Of a stretch of 64,000 nt of DNA, positions 36,537 to 46,772 are shown one piece after another. Source of the stretch: an uncultured Eubacteriales bacterium (lineage in GTDB: Bacteria > Bacillota > Clostridia > Oscillospirales > CAG-272); the NCBI GenBank assembly GCA_905210485.1, contig CAJLXA010000001.1, forward strand, positions 39,417 to 103,416, in the 5' to 3' direction. The position numbers and the translations under genes are program-made. The number at the start of each line of letters is the position of its first letter. Position 1 is the stretch's first letter. The notes beneath the pieces are model-generated. The model saw only the letters and a program-made list of their open reading frames with translations, was not told where the DNA came from and made no database searches.

Positions 36537-37577
36537 TTATTTATCCGATTTGTATTTTGACATGTCCGTAGCATAGCAATATTTTGCGGAAGTGAACTTG
36601 CCGAATATATACTTGTTTGTCGCCGACTCGCACATTGTGTACAGTTTTCCGTTGACGATCACGATTTCCTCCGACATGGGGGCGATTTTGATGTCCTTTG
36701 TTTGTGTGGAACTGTCAAGTACATAAAGAGGAACGGTCTGTCCGAGAACGGTTATACTCCCCTCTGCTTTTGTCGGATCGTAACCGTAAATATGCGAGAA
36801 CGCAACCGCATAAGACGTAGAAAGATAAATCATTCCGTCGCTGTCGAAGCACATCCCCTGCACAAGAGCGGGGATCGAATAGGCATATTCGATCTTTTCG
36901 GAAATTCCGAGAGGCGCCGCGCCGTCAAGTTTATAAGCAAGGATAAGCGCGGTATTCTCATCTCCTGCCGCCGTTTTATACTTATGGGAATCCGGCGTCG
37001 GATAATTTTCCGCACGGTAGAATTCACCGACATATATCATGTCGCCTTCAACATGAGTAAACGCTACATGAAGAGCGTCATTCTCCGTCGACGTTTTGAA
37101 AATACCGACGGATTTCACGCTGTCCCCATTCGACGCGGCGGCAATATCGGCTCTGCTGAAAGCAATAAGTCCCTTGCTGTCTGCGACATATACGTAATTT
37201 CCATACACGGTGATACCGCCTACATGACCCGTGAAGACGCTGCCGTCTTCATTCGCAAGATTCAGCCGTTTGACTTCCTTACCGCTTGCCCTCGCGACGA
37301 CCGATACCTGCGACGCATTACCGTCCGTTCTGTAACCGGTTATAAGAAACGTGTCATTTTCACTGTCGTATGCAAGACCCTGATGTATCATACCGTCGGA
37401 AAGTCCGGGAATAACAAAGGCCTTTTCCGAATTTCCGTAATATGCGCTTACGGGTAAACGGAAATAAACTCTGACTCCGAGAAGCAGAAGAATTACAAAT
37501 CCGACAAGGCAACCAAGAACGACCGTGACCGCTTTGAGTGCCTTCCGGCCTCCGGATATTGTTTTTTCTTTTGACAT
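36537..37577 (-). CDS. hypothetical membrane-anchored protein (beta-propeller-like repeats)
   Basis: N-terminal TM (AVTVVLGCLVGFVILLLLGV), then beta-rich repeats (YGNYVYVADSKGLIAF etc.). GGAGAAAACC RBS before ATG 37577. Confidence 0.55.
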   Translation of the reverse strand: MSKEKTISGGRKALKAVTVVLGCLVGFVILLLLGVRVYFRLPVSAYYGNSEKAFVIPGLSDGMIHQGLAYDSENDTFLITGYRTDGNASQVSVVARASGKEVKRLNLANEDGSVFTGHVGGITVYGNYVYVADSKGLIAFSRADIAAASNGDSVKSVGIFKTSTENDALHVAFTHVEGDMIYVGEFYRAENYPTPDSHKYKTAAGDENTALILAYKLDGAAPLGISEKIEYAYSIPALVQGMCFDSDGMIYLSTSYAVAFSHIYGYDPTKAEGSITVLGQTVPLYVLDSSTQTKDIKIAPMSEEIVIVNGKLYTMCESATNKYIFGKFTSAKYCYATDMSKYKSDK

Positions 37578-37966
37578 GGTTTTCTCCTTTTCTGCCGTGG
37601 CATTGCCGTTTTCTTCGGTGATGCGATCATGACGCCGCGGCTTCGTTATTATAACACTTTTCGCCCGAATAGTCAACCGTCACAAAACAAAGGCATATAC
37701 CTCGCCATAGATGGGTATTGTCATAATAAAACCCGAGAACCTCATGATTGGAAGCCAGTATTTTTTTATGATACGCACGCCGTATGCGATGTTTCCTCCG
37801 CGCACGAAAAGCGCGCTCTCCGCTCTTTAAGCGGGGAACCCCGTTCTTTCCGCGCCCCGGATTTGCTGAATAGAACGCGCGCCGACGACGCGCCGGAAAA
37901 AGAAGCGCCGCCCTGTGTTGGACGGCGCTTCTTCATATCATGCCGCCGAAAAAACAGCGTCATTTC

Positions 37967-39379
37967 TCAGGCATTTCTTTTGGTTTCATTATAGTGATCG
38001 GAAAACTGAAGCCTGTTCATTTTCTTATAATTGATCGTGAAACATATAATTTCCGCGATCGCCGTGAGAGTCCATGAGAAAATGTACAGCAGGTACAAAG
38101 ACGGGATCGTATGAAAATGGGCGAATACGGTATATATCCACGCCACGCGAAATACGCATGAACCCATAATCACAATGACAGTGGGGGCGAAACTCTTACC
38201 GATACCGCGGCAGGCCGCAATTGTGCAATCCATGAAAGCACTGACGGCATAGGAGAAGCACATAATCCGTGTGCGTTGAAGTCCTGCTTCAATGACCGCT
38301 TCGTCATTGGAAAACAGGGACAAGAACTCCCTGCCGAACAGGAACAACGCGCCGCCGAGCACCGCGCCCGCAACAAACGAATACACGATACCGATGAAAT
38401 AACTTTTCAATACGCGCTCCCGTTTGCCGGCTCCGAGGTTCTGCCCCATAAAGGTTGAGCAGGCGGTATAGAACGCCGCCATGACATTATAAATGATGGC
38501 GTCGGTATTGGCGGCGGCGGAATTCCCCTCGACCATGACGGAATCAAAGGAATTGACCGCGCCCTGTATAAAGAGGTTGGCGACGGCAAAAATGGCATTT
38601 TGAAACCCCGCAGGAATACCGAGACTGAGGATGCGTTTCCCCTCTGCCGTGTCCGGGCCGTTTTTCAGGTCGCGCAGGCGGAATTTACATTCGTTATCCT
38701 GTCGTCCCATATGTATCAGAATGAGTACCGCGGACACATACTGCGTGATGATACTGGCAAGCGCAACGCCGTCCTCCGCCATGCCGCAGACAATGACGAA
38801 AAACAGGTTGAAAATCACGTTCAGAATACCTGCAATCATGAGGTATACAAGCGGGCGCTTTGTATCTCCGTTGGCGCTGAGCGCACCGTTACCGAAATTG
38901 AAAATTCCGAGCGCCGGCATACCGAGCGCATAGATACGGAAATAGAGCACGGCTCCCTCGATCAGGTCGTCTTTTGTACCGAGCAGTTCCAGCATGAACC
39001 GTGCGGAAATGAGGCAAAGCACCATAATGATGCAACCCGTCGCAAAACAGATCACAAATGAAGTGCGGAGGGAAGCAGATGTGCGCGCTTTGTCGCGGGC
39101 GCCGAGATGCTGCGCGACGCGGACATTGACGGCGCTTCCCATTCCGATAAGAAAGCCCGTGAAAAGAGATACAAGGATCGTGGTTGAGCCGACCGCCCCC
39201 AAAGCTTCCGCGCTTGAGAATTTACCAACGACCGCCACATCGGCCATATTAAAAAGCACCTGCAAAAGCTGAGACAGCATAAGCGGAATGCTGAAAAGAA
39301 GCATGTTTTTCCAGAGAGAACCCTGCGTCATCTGAATTTCGCCGCGTTCTCTCCCAACATCAGAAGAATGATTTGCCAT
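37967..39379 (-). CDS. MATE family efflux transporter
   Basis: 12-TM protein with LWKNMLLFSIPLMLSQLLQVLFNMADVAVVG, a typical MATE N-terminus. GGAGGG RBS before ATG 39379. Confidence 0.88.
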   Translation of the reverse strand: MANHSSDVGRERGEIQMTQGSLWKNMLLFSIPLMLSQLLQVLFNMADVAVVGKFSSAEALGAVGSTTILVSLFTGFLIGMGSAVNVRVAQHLGARDKARTSASLRTSFVICFATGCIIMVLCLISARFMLELLGTKDDLIEGAVLYFRIYALGMPALGIFNFGNGALSANGDTKRPLVYLMIAGILNVIFNLFFVIVCGMAEDGVALASIITQYVSAVLILIHMGRQDNECKFRLRDLKNGPDTAEGKRILSLGIPAGFQNAIFAVANLFIQGAVNSFDSVMVEGNSAAANTDAIIYNVMAAFYTACSTFMGQNLGAGKRERVLKSYFIGIVYSFVAGAVLGGALFLFGREFLSLFSNDEAVIEAGLQRTRIMCFSYAVSAFMDCTIAACRGIGKSFAPTVIVIMGSCVFRVAWIYTVFAHFHTIPSLYLLYIFSWTLTAIAEIICFTINYKKMNRLQFSDHYNETKRNA

Positions 39380-39700
39380 GCTGGGTTCCCTCCGAACATT
39401 TTAATTCCGCATTTGCGGATATTGTCGATAAAGAGACACAGATTTTATTATATTACAGAGATCATATATTTTCAATAGATAAATTGCATTTTCTCTTTCG
39501 GGTATATGTTCGGTTTGAAACTATTTACAAAAACAAAAACGAAGAAATTCGCAAACGATAAAGACAAAAAACAATATTATGCTATACAGAGATACTATAA
39601 AAAGAAAAATGAATCATTAGAGAAACCAATACAAAAACCGAAAAACACGAAATAGCGTGGAAATATAATTGAAAATCGGATAAAGTCTTACCATAGTCCG

Positions 39701-39737
39701 AAAAAAACAAAAACACCTCGTTTGAGGTGTTTTTGTT
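39701..39737 (-). terminator. intrinsic terminator after tRNA-Gln
   Basis: Minus strand: ACAAAAACACCTC-AAAC-GAGGTGTTTTTGT followed by TTTTTTT. Confidence 0.8.
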
Positions 39738-39738
39738 T

Positions 39739-39814
39739 TGGCTGCGGCACTAGGATTCGAACCTAGGTGATGACGGAGTCAGAGTCCGTTGCCTTACCGC
39801 TTGGCGATGCCGCA
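39739..39814 (-). tRNA. tRNA-Gln (anticodon CTG)
   Basis: Minus strand: TGCGGCA...TGCCGCA acceptor stem, GCCAAGCGGTAAGGC D-arm, ACGGA-CTCTGAC-TCCGT anticodon arm, GGTTCGAATCC T-arm, encoded CCA. Confidence 0.9.
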
Positions 39815-39833
39815 ATATATATTAACGCAGGCT

Positions 39834-39862
39834 ATTATAACAAAGTTTGCGAAGTTTGTCAA
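39834..39862 (-). promoter_or_regulatory. consensus sigma-A promoter of tRNA-Gln
   Basis: Minus strand: TTGACA (39862-39857), 17 nt, TATAAT (39839-39834). Confidence 0.65.
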
Positions 39863-39923
39863 TAGTTTTTTGAAAAATTCCGATTTGTTTTATCGAAATC
39901 TTATATAACCGTGCCGCGGCCGA

Positions 39924-39952
39924 TTGACAATCGTTTGGGTATATGATATACT
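39924..39952 (+). promoter_or_regulatory. sigma-A promoter of the ThyX-like gene / nadE operon
   Basis: TTGACA (39924-39929), 17 nt, TATACT (39947-39952). A 12-nt perfect palindrome, TACAATATTGTA, lies at 39959-39970. Confidence 0.6.
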
Positions 39953-40000
39953 AATCTGTACAATATTGTATATTGCCGCATACGCGGACGGAGGTAAAAT

Positions 40001-40630
40001 ATGATCACTGTCGAACGCATTGCCGTCATGAATATGGAAAACGCCATTCGCGGCGCACGGAATCCGATGAACAGTTGGAGCCGTATGGACAGCCATTACG
40101 ACGAAAACGGTCAATTCGTACTGGGAGAAAACGACCTGAATCTTGCGCATCGCCTTGCCGTATCGGGCAGCGATCACCGCAAATTCCTGCGCCAGATCTT
40201 TGTCAGCATGGACATCACCGCTCCGCTTTACTGGTGGAAAGAATTCGATACCTATAAAGTGGCCACCGTCGCCAACTCCTGCTCCACCATGCACCGTATT
40301 CATTCGCGCCCTTTTAGCCGCGACGACTTCAGCCATGACCGTCTTGACGAAAACGGCCTCGCCATGCTGGACAGCCTCATCGCTTATCTCGAATCCGAAC
40401 GCGAAAAATTCGTGGCGGACAAAGAAAACCGCCAGCCGTGGCATAACATGATTCAGCTTCTTCCCTCAAGTTACATGCAACTCCGCACCGTAACGATGAA
40501 TTACGAAACGCTCATCAATATCTACTATGCGCGCAGAAACCACAAACTTGCCGAATGGCATACATTCTGCGACGTTATCCGCGGACTTCCTTACGCCGGA
40601 GACCTCATTCTTGTTAAAGAAAAAGAGTAA
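40001..40630 (+). CDS. ThyX-fold protein lacking the canonical RHR motif (function unknown)
   Basis: By-eye collinearity with T. maritima ThyX. GARNPMNSW aligns to AARVSF. DITAPLYWWKEFDTYKVATVANSCSTMHRI aligns to [26 protein letters not shown]. The C-terminal LLPSSYMQLRTVTMNYETLINIY aligns to [23 protein letters not shown]. GGAGG RBS. Confidence 0.5.
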   Translation: MITVERIAVMNMENAIRGARNPMNSWSRMDSHYDENGQFVLGENDLNLAHRLAVSGSDHRKFLRQIFVSMDITAPLYWWKEFDTYKVATVANSCSTMHRIHSRPFSRDDFSHDRLDENGLAMLDSLIAYLESEREKFVADKENRQPWHNMIQLLPSSYMQLRTVTMNYETLINIYYARRNHKLAEWHTFCDVIRGLPYAGDLILVKEKE

Positions 40631-40639
40631 ACGATCACT

Positions 40640-42568
40640 ATGAAATACGGTTATATCCGCATCGGCGCGGTCACGCCGAAACTGTATCTGTGCGAGCCGG
40701 AACGCAACGCCGCGGCCGCCGCCGAAGCGGCGTGCAACGCCGCCAAAAAAGGCGTGAAGATCCTCGTTTTTCCCGAACTCTGTCTCGTAGGTTACACACT
40801 GTCCGATCTTTTCTTTCAGTCCGCGTTACTGCGCGGTGCGGAAAACGCCCTCTCGGCGTATATTGAAGAAACAAAAGATCTCGATCTTCTTTCTTTTATC
40901 GGACTTCCCGTAGAACAAAACGGCAAACTCTACAATGCGGCCGCCGCCGTTTGCGGTGGAGAACTCCTCGGCGTTGTTCCGAAGTCCCATATCCCGAACT
41001 ACAACGAATTCTATGAACTGCGCCACTTCGCACCCGCACCTTCCGAAAACGGCCGGATCACGCTGGCGGGGCATACCGTCCCGTTCGGCACGAATCTTCT
41101 TTTTTCCTGCCCGGATATGAAATATCTCACGGTGGCCGCCGAAATCTGTGAAGACCTCTGGGTGTCTGTTCCGCCCTCCTGCCGTCATACGGCCGCCGGC
41201 GCTACCGTTGTCGTCAACCTTTCGGCGAGCGACGAACTGGTAGGCAAACCCGAATACCGCAAAAATCTTGTTTCCATGCAGTCGGCACGTACCATGTCCG
41301 CTTATCTGTACGCCGACGCGGGCGACGGGGAAAGCGGCACCGATATGGTCTTCTCCGCGCATAACCTCATCGCGGAAAACGGCCGTATCCTCGCCGAGAA
41401 AAAACCGTTTGCGGCCGATGAACTCATCACCGCCGAGATTGACCTTGAACGCCTCATTGCGGAACGCCGTCGCACCAATACGTTCCGCACCGATACAAAA
41501 GGCGATTACACGGTCATTCCTTTCCGCCTCACGGTCACCGATACCGAGATCTCCTGCCCCCCGGCGAAAACGCCTTTTGTGCCGCAGGACGCGGACGGCC
41601 GCCGCGAACGGTGCGAACTGATTCTGACCATTCAGGCAAAAGGACTTGCCGGACGTATCCGCCGGGCTTACGCGCAATGCGCCGTCGTCGGCCTTTCCGG
41701 CGGGCTGGATTCCACGCTTGCCGTGCTCGTTGCCGCACGGGCGGCCGATATGATCGGCTTTGACCATAAAAAGATTATTGCCGTAACGATGCCCGGTTTC
41801 GGCACAACGGCCCGCACAAAGGGCAATGCCGAAAAACTGGCCGAAGCGCTCGGTGTCACGCTCCGTACCGTTTCCATTCATGCGGCGGTGGAGCAGCATT
41901 TCCGGGACATCGGCCATGACCCCGCAAATCTGAACGTCGTGTATGAAAACGCGCAGGCGCGCGAGCGGACGCAGATTCTGATGGATATGGCCAACGCGGG
42001 AAACGGTATCGTCATCGGTACCGGCGACCTCTCCGAACTGGCCCTCGGATTTGCCACTTATAACGGCGATCACATGTCCATGTACGCGGTCAATGCCGGC
42101 GTGCCGAAAACGCTCGTCCGCCACATCGTATCGTTCTCCGCGGACTGTGCCCAAAGTGACGGCAATGCCACCCTTGCCGCGGTATTGCGCGACATTCTCG
42201 CAACGCCCGTCAGTCCCGAACTGTTGCCGCCGCAGGACGGGGAGATCGCCCAGAAGACAGAGGGAATCGTCGGCCCGTACGAACTGCACGACTACTTTCT
42301 TTACCATATGGTGCGATTCGGATATTCGCCGAAAAAACTGTTCCGCATGGCATGCCGCAGTTTTGAAGACGACTATACGCCCGCCGTTATTCTCGGCTGG
42401 CTCCGCCTTTTCGTGCGCCGTTTCTTCTCCCAGCAATTCAAGCGTTCCTGCCTCCCCGACGGTCCGAAAGTCGGTAGCGTGGTCTTGTCTCCGCGCGCAG
42501 ACTGGCGCATGCCGAGCGACGCGTCTTCCGCTCTTTTCATGAAGGAACTTGATGAGATCGTATTATGA
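40640..42568 (+). CDS. nadE: glutamine-dependent NAD+ synthase
   Basis: N-terminal CN-hydrolase domain (FPELCLVGY, EICEDLW) plus a C-terminal NAD synthetase domain with the PP-loop VVGLSGGLDSTLA. Confidence 0.92.
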   Translation: MKYGYIRIGAVTPKLYLCEPERNAAAAAEAACNAAKKGVKILVFPELCLVGYTLSDLFFQSALLRGAENALSAYIEETKDLDLLSFIGLPVEQNGKLYNAAAAVCGGELLGVVPKSHIPNYNEFYELRHFAPAPSENGRITLAGHTVPFGTNLLFSCPDMKYLTVAAEICEDLWVSVPPSCRHTAAGATVVVNLSASDELVGKPEYRKNLVSMQSARTMSAYLYADAGDGESGTDMVFSAHNLIAENGRILAEKKPFAADELITAEIDLERLIAERRRTNTFRTDTKGDYTVIPFRLTVTDTEISCPPAKTPFVPQDADGRRERCELILTIQAKGLAGRIRRAYAQCAVVGLSGGLDSTLAVLVAARAADMIGFDHKKIIAVTMPGFGTTARTKGNAEKLAEALGVTLRTVSIHAAVEQHFRDIGHDPANLNVVYENAQARERTQILMDMANAGNGIVIGTGDLSELALGFATYNGDHMSMYAVNAGVPKTLVRHIVSFSADCAQSDGNATLAAVLRDILATPVSPELLPPQDGEIAQKTEGIVGPYELHDYFLYHMVRFGYSPKKLFRMACRSFEDDYTPAVILGWLRLFVRRFFSQQFKRSCLPDGPKVGSVVLSPRADWRMPSDASSALFMKELDEIVL

Positions 42569-43188
42569 GTATATTTGACATATTTGACAAAATCGGCAGT
42601 ACGGCAGATAAGAAAAAGCCGATCGCCTATATCATAGCCGGCCTCGGCAATCCCGGGAAAGAATACGAGAACACCCGGCACAACATGGGCTTCATGGCTC
42701 TCGATCATATCGCGGAAAAATGCGGCGTCCTGCCGAACCGCGCGCGTTTTCATGCCCTGTGCGCGGAGGCCGATCTCGGCCCCTGCCGCGTTCTCCTCAT
42801 GAAGCCGCAAACGTATATGAACAACAGCGGCGTTGCCGTTGCCGAAGCCATGCAGTTCTATAAACTGTCCCCGGAGCAACTGATCGTGCTTTGCGATGAC
42901 ATCAGTTTCGCGCCCGGCCGTATGCGTATCCGCAAAAAAGGATCGGCGGGCGGTCACAACGGTCTGAAAAGCATTATCGAAATGACCGGAAGTCAGGATT
43001 TTATGCGTTTCCGCCTCGGCGTAGGACAAAAACCGTCGCCCGATTACGACCTTGCCGACTGGGTGCTCGGCCGCTTCGGGAACGAAGACCGCAAGACCGT
43101 TGACGGCGTTTTTCAATCGGTATACGAAGCGCTCCTCCTGACAGCGGAGGGCAAGACCGACCTCGCCATGACCAGATATTCCGGCTGA
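42565..43188 (+). CDS. pth: peptidyl-tRNA hydrolase
   Basis: IIAGLGNPGKEYENTRHNMGFMALD and GSAGGHNGLKS. Confidence 0.93.
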   Translation: MSIFDIFDKIGSTADKKKPIAYIIAGLGNPGKEYENTRHNMGFMALDHIAEKCGVLPNRARFHALCAEADLGPCRVLLMKPQTYMNNSGVAVAEAMQFYKLSPEQLIVLCDDISFAPGRMRIRKKGSAGGHNGLKSIIEMTGSQDFMRFRLGVGQKPSPDYDLADWVLGRFGNEDRKTVDGVFQSVYEALLLTAEGKTDLAMTRYSG

Positions 43189-43217
43189 TCCCTACATCCG
43201 AAAACGAAGGTAAACCT

Positions 43218-46200
43218 GTGAAAAGCATAACCGAAGCCATACGTTGCGACCGGGAATTCCGGCAAGCGGAAGCGACATTCCACGAAGAACTTTTATCCGA
43301 CCGTCCGCTCCCGCTCGTCGTGAACGGTCTGTCCGGAGGCGCGGCCGACGCTTTTACCGCCGAACTTCTGCGCACCGCGGTAAAAGAAAAACGGAACACC
43401 GTTCTTCTCGTCTCCGATGAAAAGGAAGCGGCGCGACTCGCGCAGTTCCTCCGAAGCGCCGACGTCCCCGCCGCATATTACCCGAACCGCGATTTCAATC
43501 TGTATCCCGTCACCGCCTCCCACGACTATGAACGTGAGAGGCTTTCCGTGCTTTTGTCGCTCCTCTCTCCCGGATTCGTCGCCGTAACAACGCCGGGGGC
43601 GGCCATCCGATACACCATGCCGCCGTCGGTACTCCGCAATGAAAGCATGACGCTGAAACCGGGCGACACGATCCCCCCGGCCGAACTTGCGCAAAGACTT
43701 CTCCGCATCGGTTTCGCCGCGGTCGATACCGTTGAGGGCATCGGCCAGTTTGCGCGGCGCGGAGGTATACTCGATCTCTTTTCGCCCGGCGAAGATTATC
43801 CCGTACGCGTCGAATTTTTCGGGGACGAGATTGACCGTATGGGTCATTTCGACCCGCTGACGCAGCGCCTTTTTGAAAACTGCGACAGTCTTTCTCTTCT
43901 GCCCGCAAAAGAAGTTCTGACCGACGGTACGGCGCGGGAGAAAATCAAAAAAGCCGTTGCGCACCGTCTTGCGGCCGTGAAAAGCGAAGCCGCGCGCGAC
44001 ACTCTGCAACGCGAAATGCATATTCTCGACAGCGATGAAGAAATCTCTTTTGCCGATAAATACCTCGCGCTTCTCTATGACGCCCCCGCCACGCTCTTCG
44101 ATTACGCGGACGCAGAAAATCCCGCCGCCGTTGCCGTTATCGGTTCCGCCGCGGTCAAAAGCGCGTTTGAAGACGCCGCGAAAGCGGCGGAGGCCGAAGT
44201 CTCCGCCATGCTGGAAGACGGCGTTATCACGGGAAAATACGCCCGTTACACCATGCCGCACGCCGATGTCGAATACATCATGCAAAAACACGTCGCCGTG
44301 CATATCAACGCGTTCTCCGACGGCACAGGCAATATGCGACTTGCCGGCCTTTTCGGCTTCCGTTGCCGTAAAACCGTTTCCTACGGCGAAAACCTCGCCA
44401 TGATGGCCGATGACCTCGGCGGTTATATCGACACGGGATACCGCGTTATAATCTGCGTGGAAAACCCCTCCGCTTTGCCGGAATACGAAAAAACACTGCG
44501 GGAAAAAGGATTTTCGCCGACGGTCGCGGACATCGGCACCTTTTCTGTCGAAGAACTTCCCTACGGCACGCTTCTTTTGACGGCGTCCCGCCTCCCCGAA
44601 GGCTTTGAACTGATGAACGCACGCATTGCGGTCATCACAACGGCCGTCGGCGGGAAGAGCGGCCTTCCGAAAAAAAGGGTACAGCGGCGTGTGCTGAAAA
44701 AGGTCGGCGCCGGCGCCCGCATTATGTCCTATGCGGAACTTTCCCCCGGCGACTATGTTGTTCATGACACACACGGTATCGGCCAGTATGAGGGCATCGA
44801 CTCCATGACCATCGGCGGCGTAACGCGCGATTATGTCACGATACGTTATGCCGGCACCGATAAAATTCACATTCCGGCCGACAAGATCGAATCGGTATCG
44901 AAATATATAGGCGCACGTGCCGAAGACGGCAGCGTCCGCCTTTCGCGCATCGGCGGAACTGAATGGTATCGCGCCAAAGAAAAGGCAAAACGGGCGGCAA
45001 AAGATATTGCGAAAGATCTGATCCGGCTTTATGCCGAACGCAAACGCCGGCCGGGATTTGCCTATCCCGAAGATTGCGATCTTGAGCGCGAATTTGCCAA
45101 TTCCTTTGAATTTGAGGAGACAGAACCCCAGCTCAGCGCCATAGAAGAGATCAAACAGGATATGATGCGCCCCTGCCCGATGGATCGGCTTCTTTGCGGG
45201 GACGTCGGATTCGGGAAAACCGAGGTGGCTTTCCGCGCCGTTTTCAAAGCCATTGTCGCGGGAAAACAGGCCGCCATTCTCGTCCCCACTACGATCCTTG
45301 CGCTCCAGCATTACGAGACCGCTCTGTCCCGCTTCCGCGGCTACCCCGTCGCCGTCGAAATGCTTTCCTCATTCCGTACGCCCAAGGCGCAGGAAAAGAT
45401 CCTCCGCCGTCTCGCGCGCGGTGAAATCGACCTTATCATCGGCACTCATTCTCTCCTCGGAAAGAACGTGAAATTCCGCGATCTCGGACTTCTTGTCATC
45501 GACGAAGAACAGCGCTTCGGCGTGGGACAAAAAGAAAAACTGAAGCAAATGGCCGTCGATGTGGACGTGCTGACCCTTTCCGCCACGCCGATTCCGCGTA
45601 CGCTGAATATGGCGATGAGCGGCATACGCGATATGTCGGTGCTGGATGAAGCGCCGCTTGACCGCCACCCCGTACAGACCTACGTCATGGAGCATGACGA
45701 CGCCGTCATAAACGAAGCCATACGCCGTGAATTACGGCGTGCGGGGCAGGTGCTTTATCTGTATAACCGCGTCGAAACCATCGACCTCTGCGCCGGAAGA
45801 CTGAAAAAAGCCCTCCCGGACGCCCGCATCGTCTACGCACACGGCAAAATGGAAAAAGACGAACTGGAGGAAATATGGCAGGAACTTGTGCGCGGGGAAA
45901 TCGACGTGCTTGTGTGCACCACGATCATCGAAACCGGCGTTGACCTCCCCAATGCCAATACGCTGATTATCGAAGACGCGGATCGCATGGGTCTTTCCCA
46001 ACTGCATCAGATACGCGGCCGCGTCGGTCGGAGCGGCCGTCACGCCTACGCGTATTTCACCTACCGGCGCGGAAAAGCGCTCACCGATATTGCCGAGAAG
46101 CGGCTTGCCGCAATCCGCGATTATGCGGAATTCGGCGCCGGATTCCGCATTGCGCTCCGCGATCTGGAGATCCGCGGCGCCGGCAACCTGCTCGGTGCGG

Positions 46201-46772
46201 AACAGCACGGACACATCGACGCCGTCGGCTACGATATGTACGTCCGTCTTCTGAACGAGGCCATTCTCGAAGAAAAAGGAGAAAAAGCGCCGCCGCCGTT
46301 TGAATCCAAAGTGGACATTGCGGAAGACGCCCTGATCCCGAAAAGTTATGTTGCCGGTTCTTCACAGCGCATGGATATGTATAAGAAGATTTCGCTTATC
46401 CGCACAAAAGAGGATATGGACGACGTCACGGACGAATTCTGCGACCGTTTCGGAGAACCGCCGGCCGTAACGCTCCGCCTCTGCTATATTGCGCTCTGCC
46501 GCGCCGCGGCGGAAGAAGCGCACATTTCCCGCATAGAGCAGAACGGTGCGGAAATCCGGTTCCACTGCGAAAAGATTGATCTTGCCGTCTGGTCGGAACT
46601 TTTCCTCACATATAAAGGGTTATCGTTCTCCGGCGGTACGCGCCCTTATATCGCGTATAAGATCAAAAAAGGAGAGGACCCCGCCATTGTCGCGGCAACC
46701 ATCACCGCGGATTACTGCCGCGTCATGAAAACGCTGCCGTCTTCCGGGGAAGGAGAAAAAAATGAAGCGTAA
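43218..46772 (+). CDS. mfd: transcription-repair coupling factor
   Basis: 1184 aa. UvrB-homology N-terminus, CarD/TRCF domain (GDYVVHDTHGIGQYEG), helicase motifs GDVGFGKTEVA and DEEQRFG, TRG motif. Confidence 0.95.
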   Translation: MKSITEAIRCDREFRQAEATFHEELLSDRPLPLVVNGLSGGAADAFTAELLRTAVKEKRNTVLLVSDEKEAARLAQFLRSADVPAAYYPNRDFNLYPVTASHDYERERLSVLLSLLSPGFVAVTTPGAAIRYTMPPSVLRNESMTLKPGDTIPPAELAQRLLRIGFAAVDTVEGIGQFARRGGILDLFSPGEDYPVRVEFFGDEIDRMGHFDPLTQRLFENCDSLSLLPAKEVLTDGTAREKIKKAVAHRLAAVKSEAARDTLQREMHILDSDEEISFADKYLALLYDAPATLFDYADAENPAAVAVIGSAAVKSAFEDAAKAAEAEVSAMLEDGVITGKYARYTMPHADVEYIMQKHVAVHINAFSDGTGNMRLAGLFGFRCRKTVSYGENLAMMADDLGGYIDTGYRVIICVENPSALPEYEKTLREKGFSPTVADIGTFSVEELPYGTLLLTASRLPEGFELMNARIAVITTAVGGKSGLPKKRVQRRVLKKVGAGARIMSYAELSPGDYVVHDTHGIGQYEGIDSMTIGGVTRDYVTIRYAGTDKIHIPADKIESVSKYIGARAEDGSVRLSRIGGTEWYRAKEKAKRAAKDIAKDLIRLYAERKRRPGFAYPEDCDLEREFANSFEFEETEPQLSAIEEIKQDMMRPCPMDRLLCGDVGFGKTEVAFRAVFKAIVAGKQAAILVPTTILALQHYETALSRFRGYPVAVEMLSSFRTPKAQEKILRRLARGEIDLIIGTHSLLGKNVKFRDLGLLVIDEEQRFGVGQKEKLKQMAVDVDVLTLSATPIPRTLNMAMSGIRDMSVLDEAPLDRHPVQTYVMEHDDAVINEAIRRELRRAGQVLYLYNRVETIDLCAGRLKKALPDARIVYAHGKMEKDELEEIWQELVRGEIDVLVCTTIIETGVDLPNANTLIIEDADRMGLSQLHQIRGRVGRSGRHAYAYFTYRRGKALTDIAEKRLAAIRDYAEFGAGFRIALRDLEIRGAGNLLGAEQHGHIDAVGYDMYVRLLNEAILEEKGEKAPPPFESKVDIAEDALIPKSYVAGSSQRMDMYKKISLIRTKEDMDDVTDEFCDRFGEPPAVTLRLCYIALCRAAAEEAHISRIEQNGAEIRFHCEKIDLAVWSELFLTYKGLSFSGGTRPYIAYKIKKGEDPAIVAATITADYCRVMKTLPSSGEGEKNEA

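Noticed and set aside
39506-39655. 49-codon Lys-rich ORF (MFGLKLFTKTKTKKFANDKDKK...) in the AT-rich spacer upstream of tRNA-Gln
   Set aside because: It has no RBS. Its composition simply reflects A-rich DNA, and nothing suggests a real protein.
39959-39970. NrdR box interpretation of the palindrome TACAATATTGTA
   Set aside because: It is two central bases shorter than the 16-nt NrdR consensus as I recall it. It also lacks the usual tandem second box.
40826-45311. Very long minus-strand ORFs (536 aa at 40826-42436; 672 aa at 43293-45311)
   Set aside because: They are antisense to nadE and mfd, both of which carry unambiguous family motifs. The antisense frames are low-complexity (R/G/F/V-rich) with no start context.
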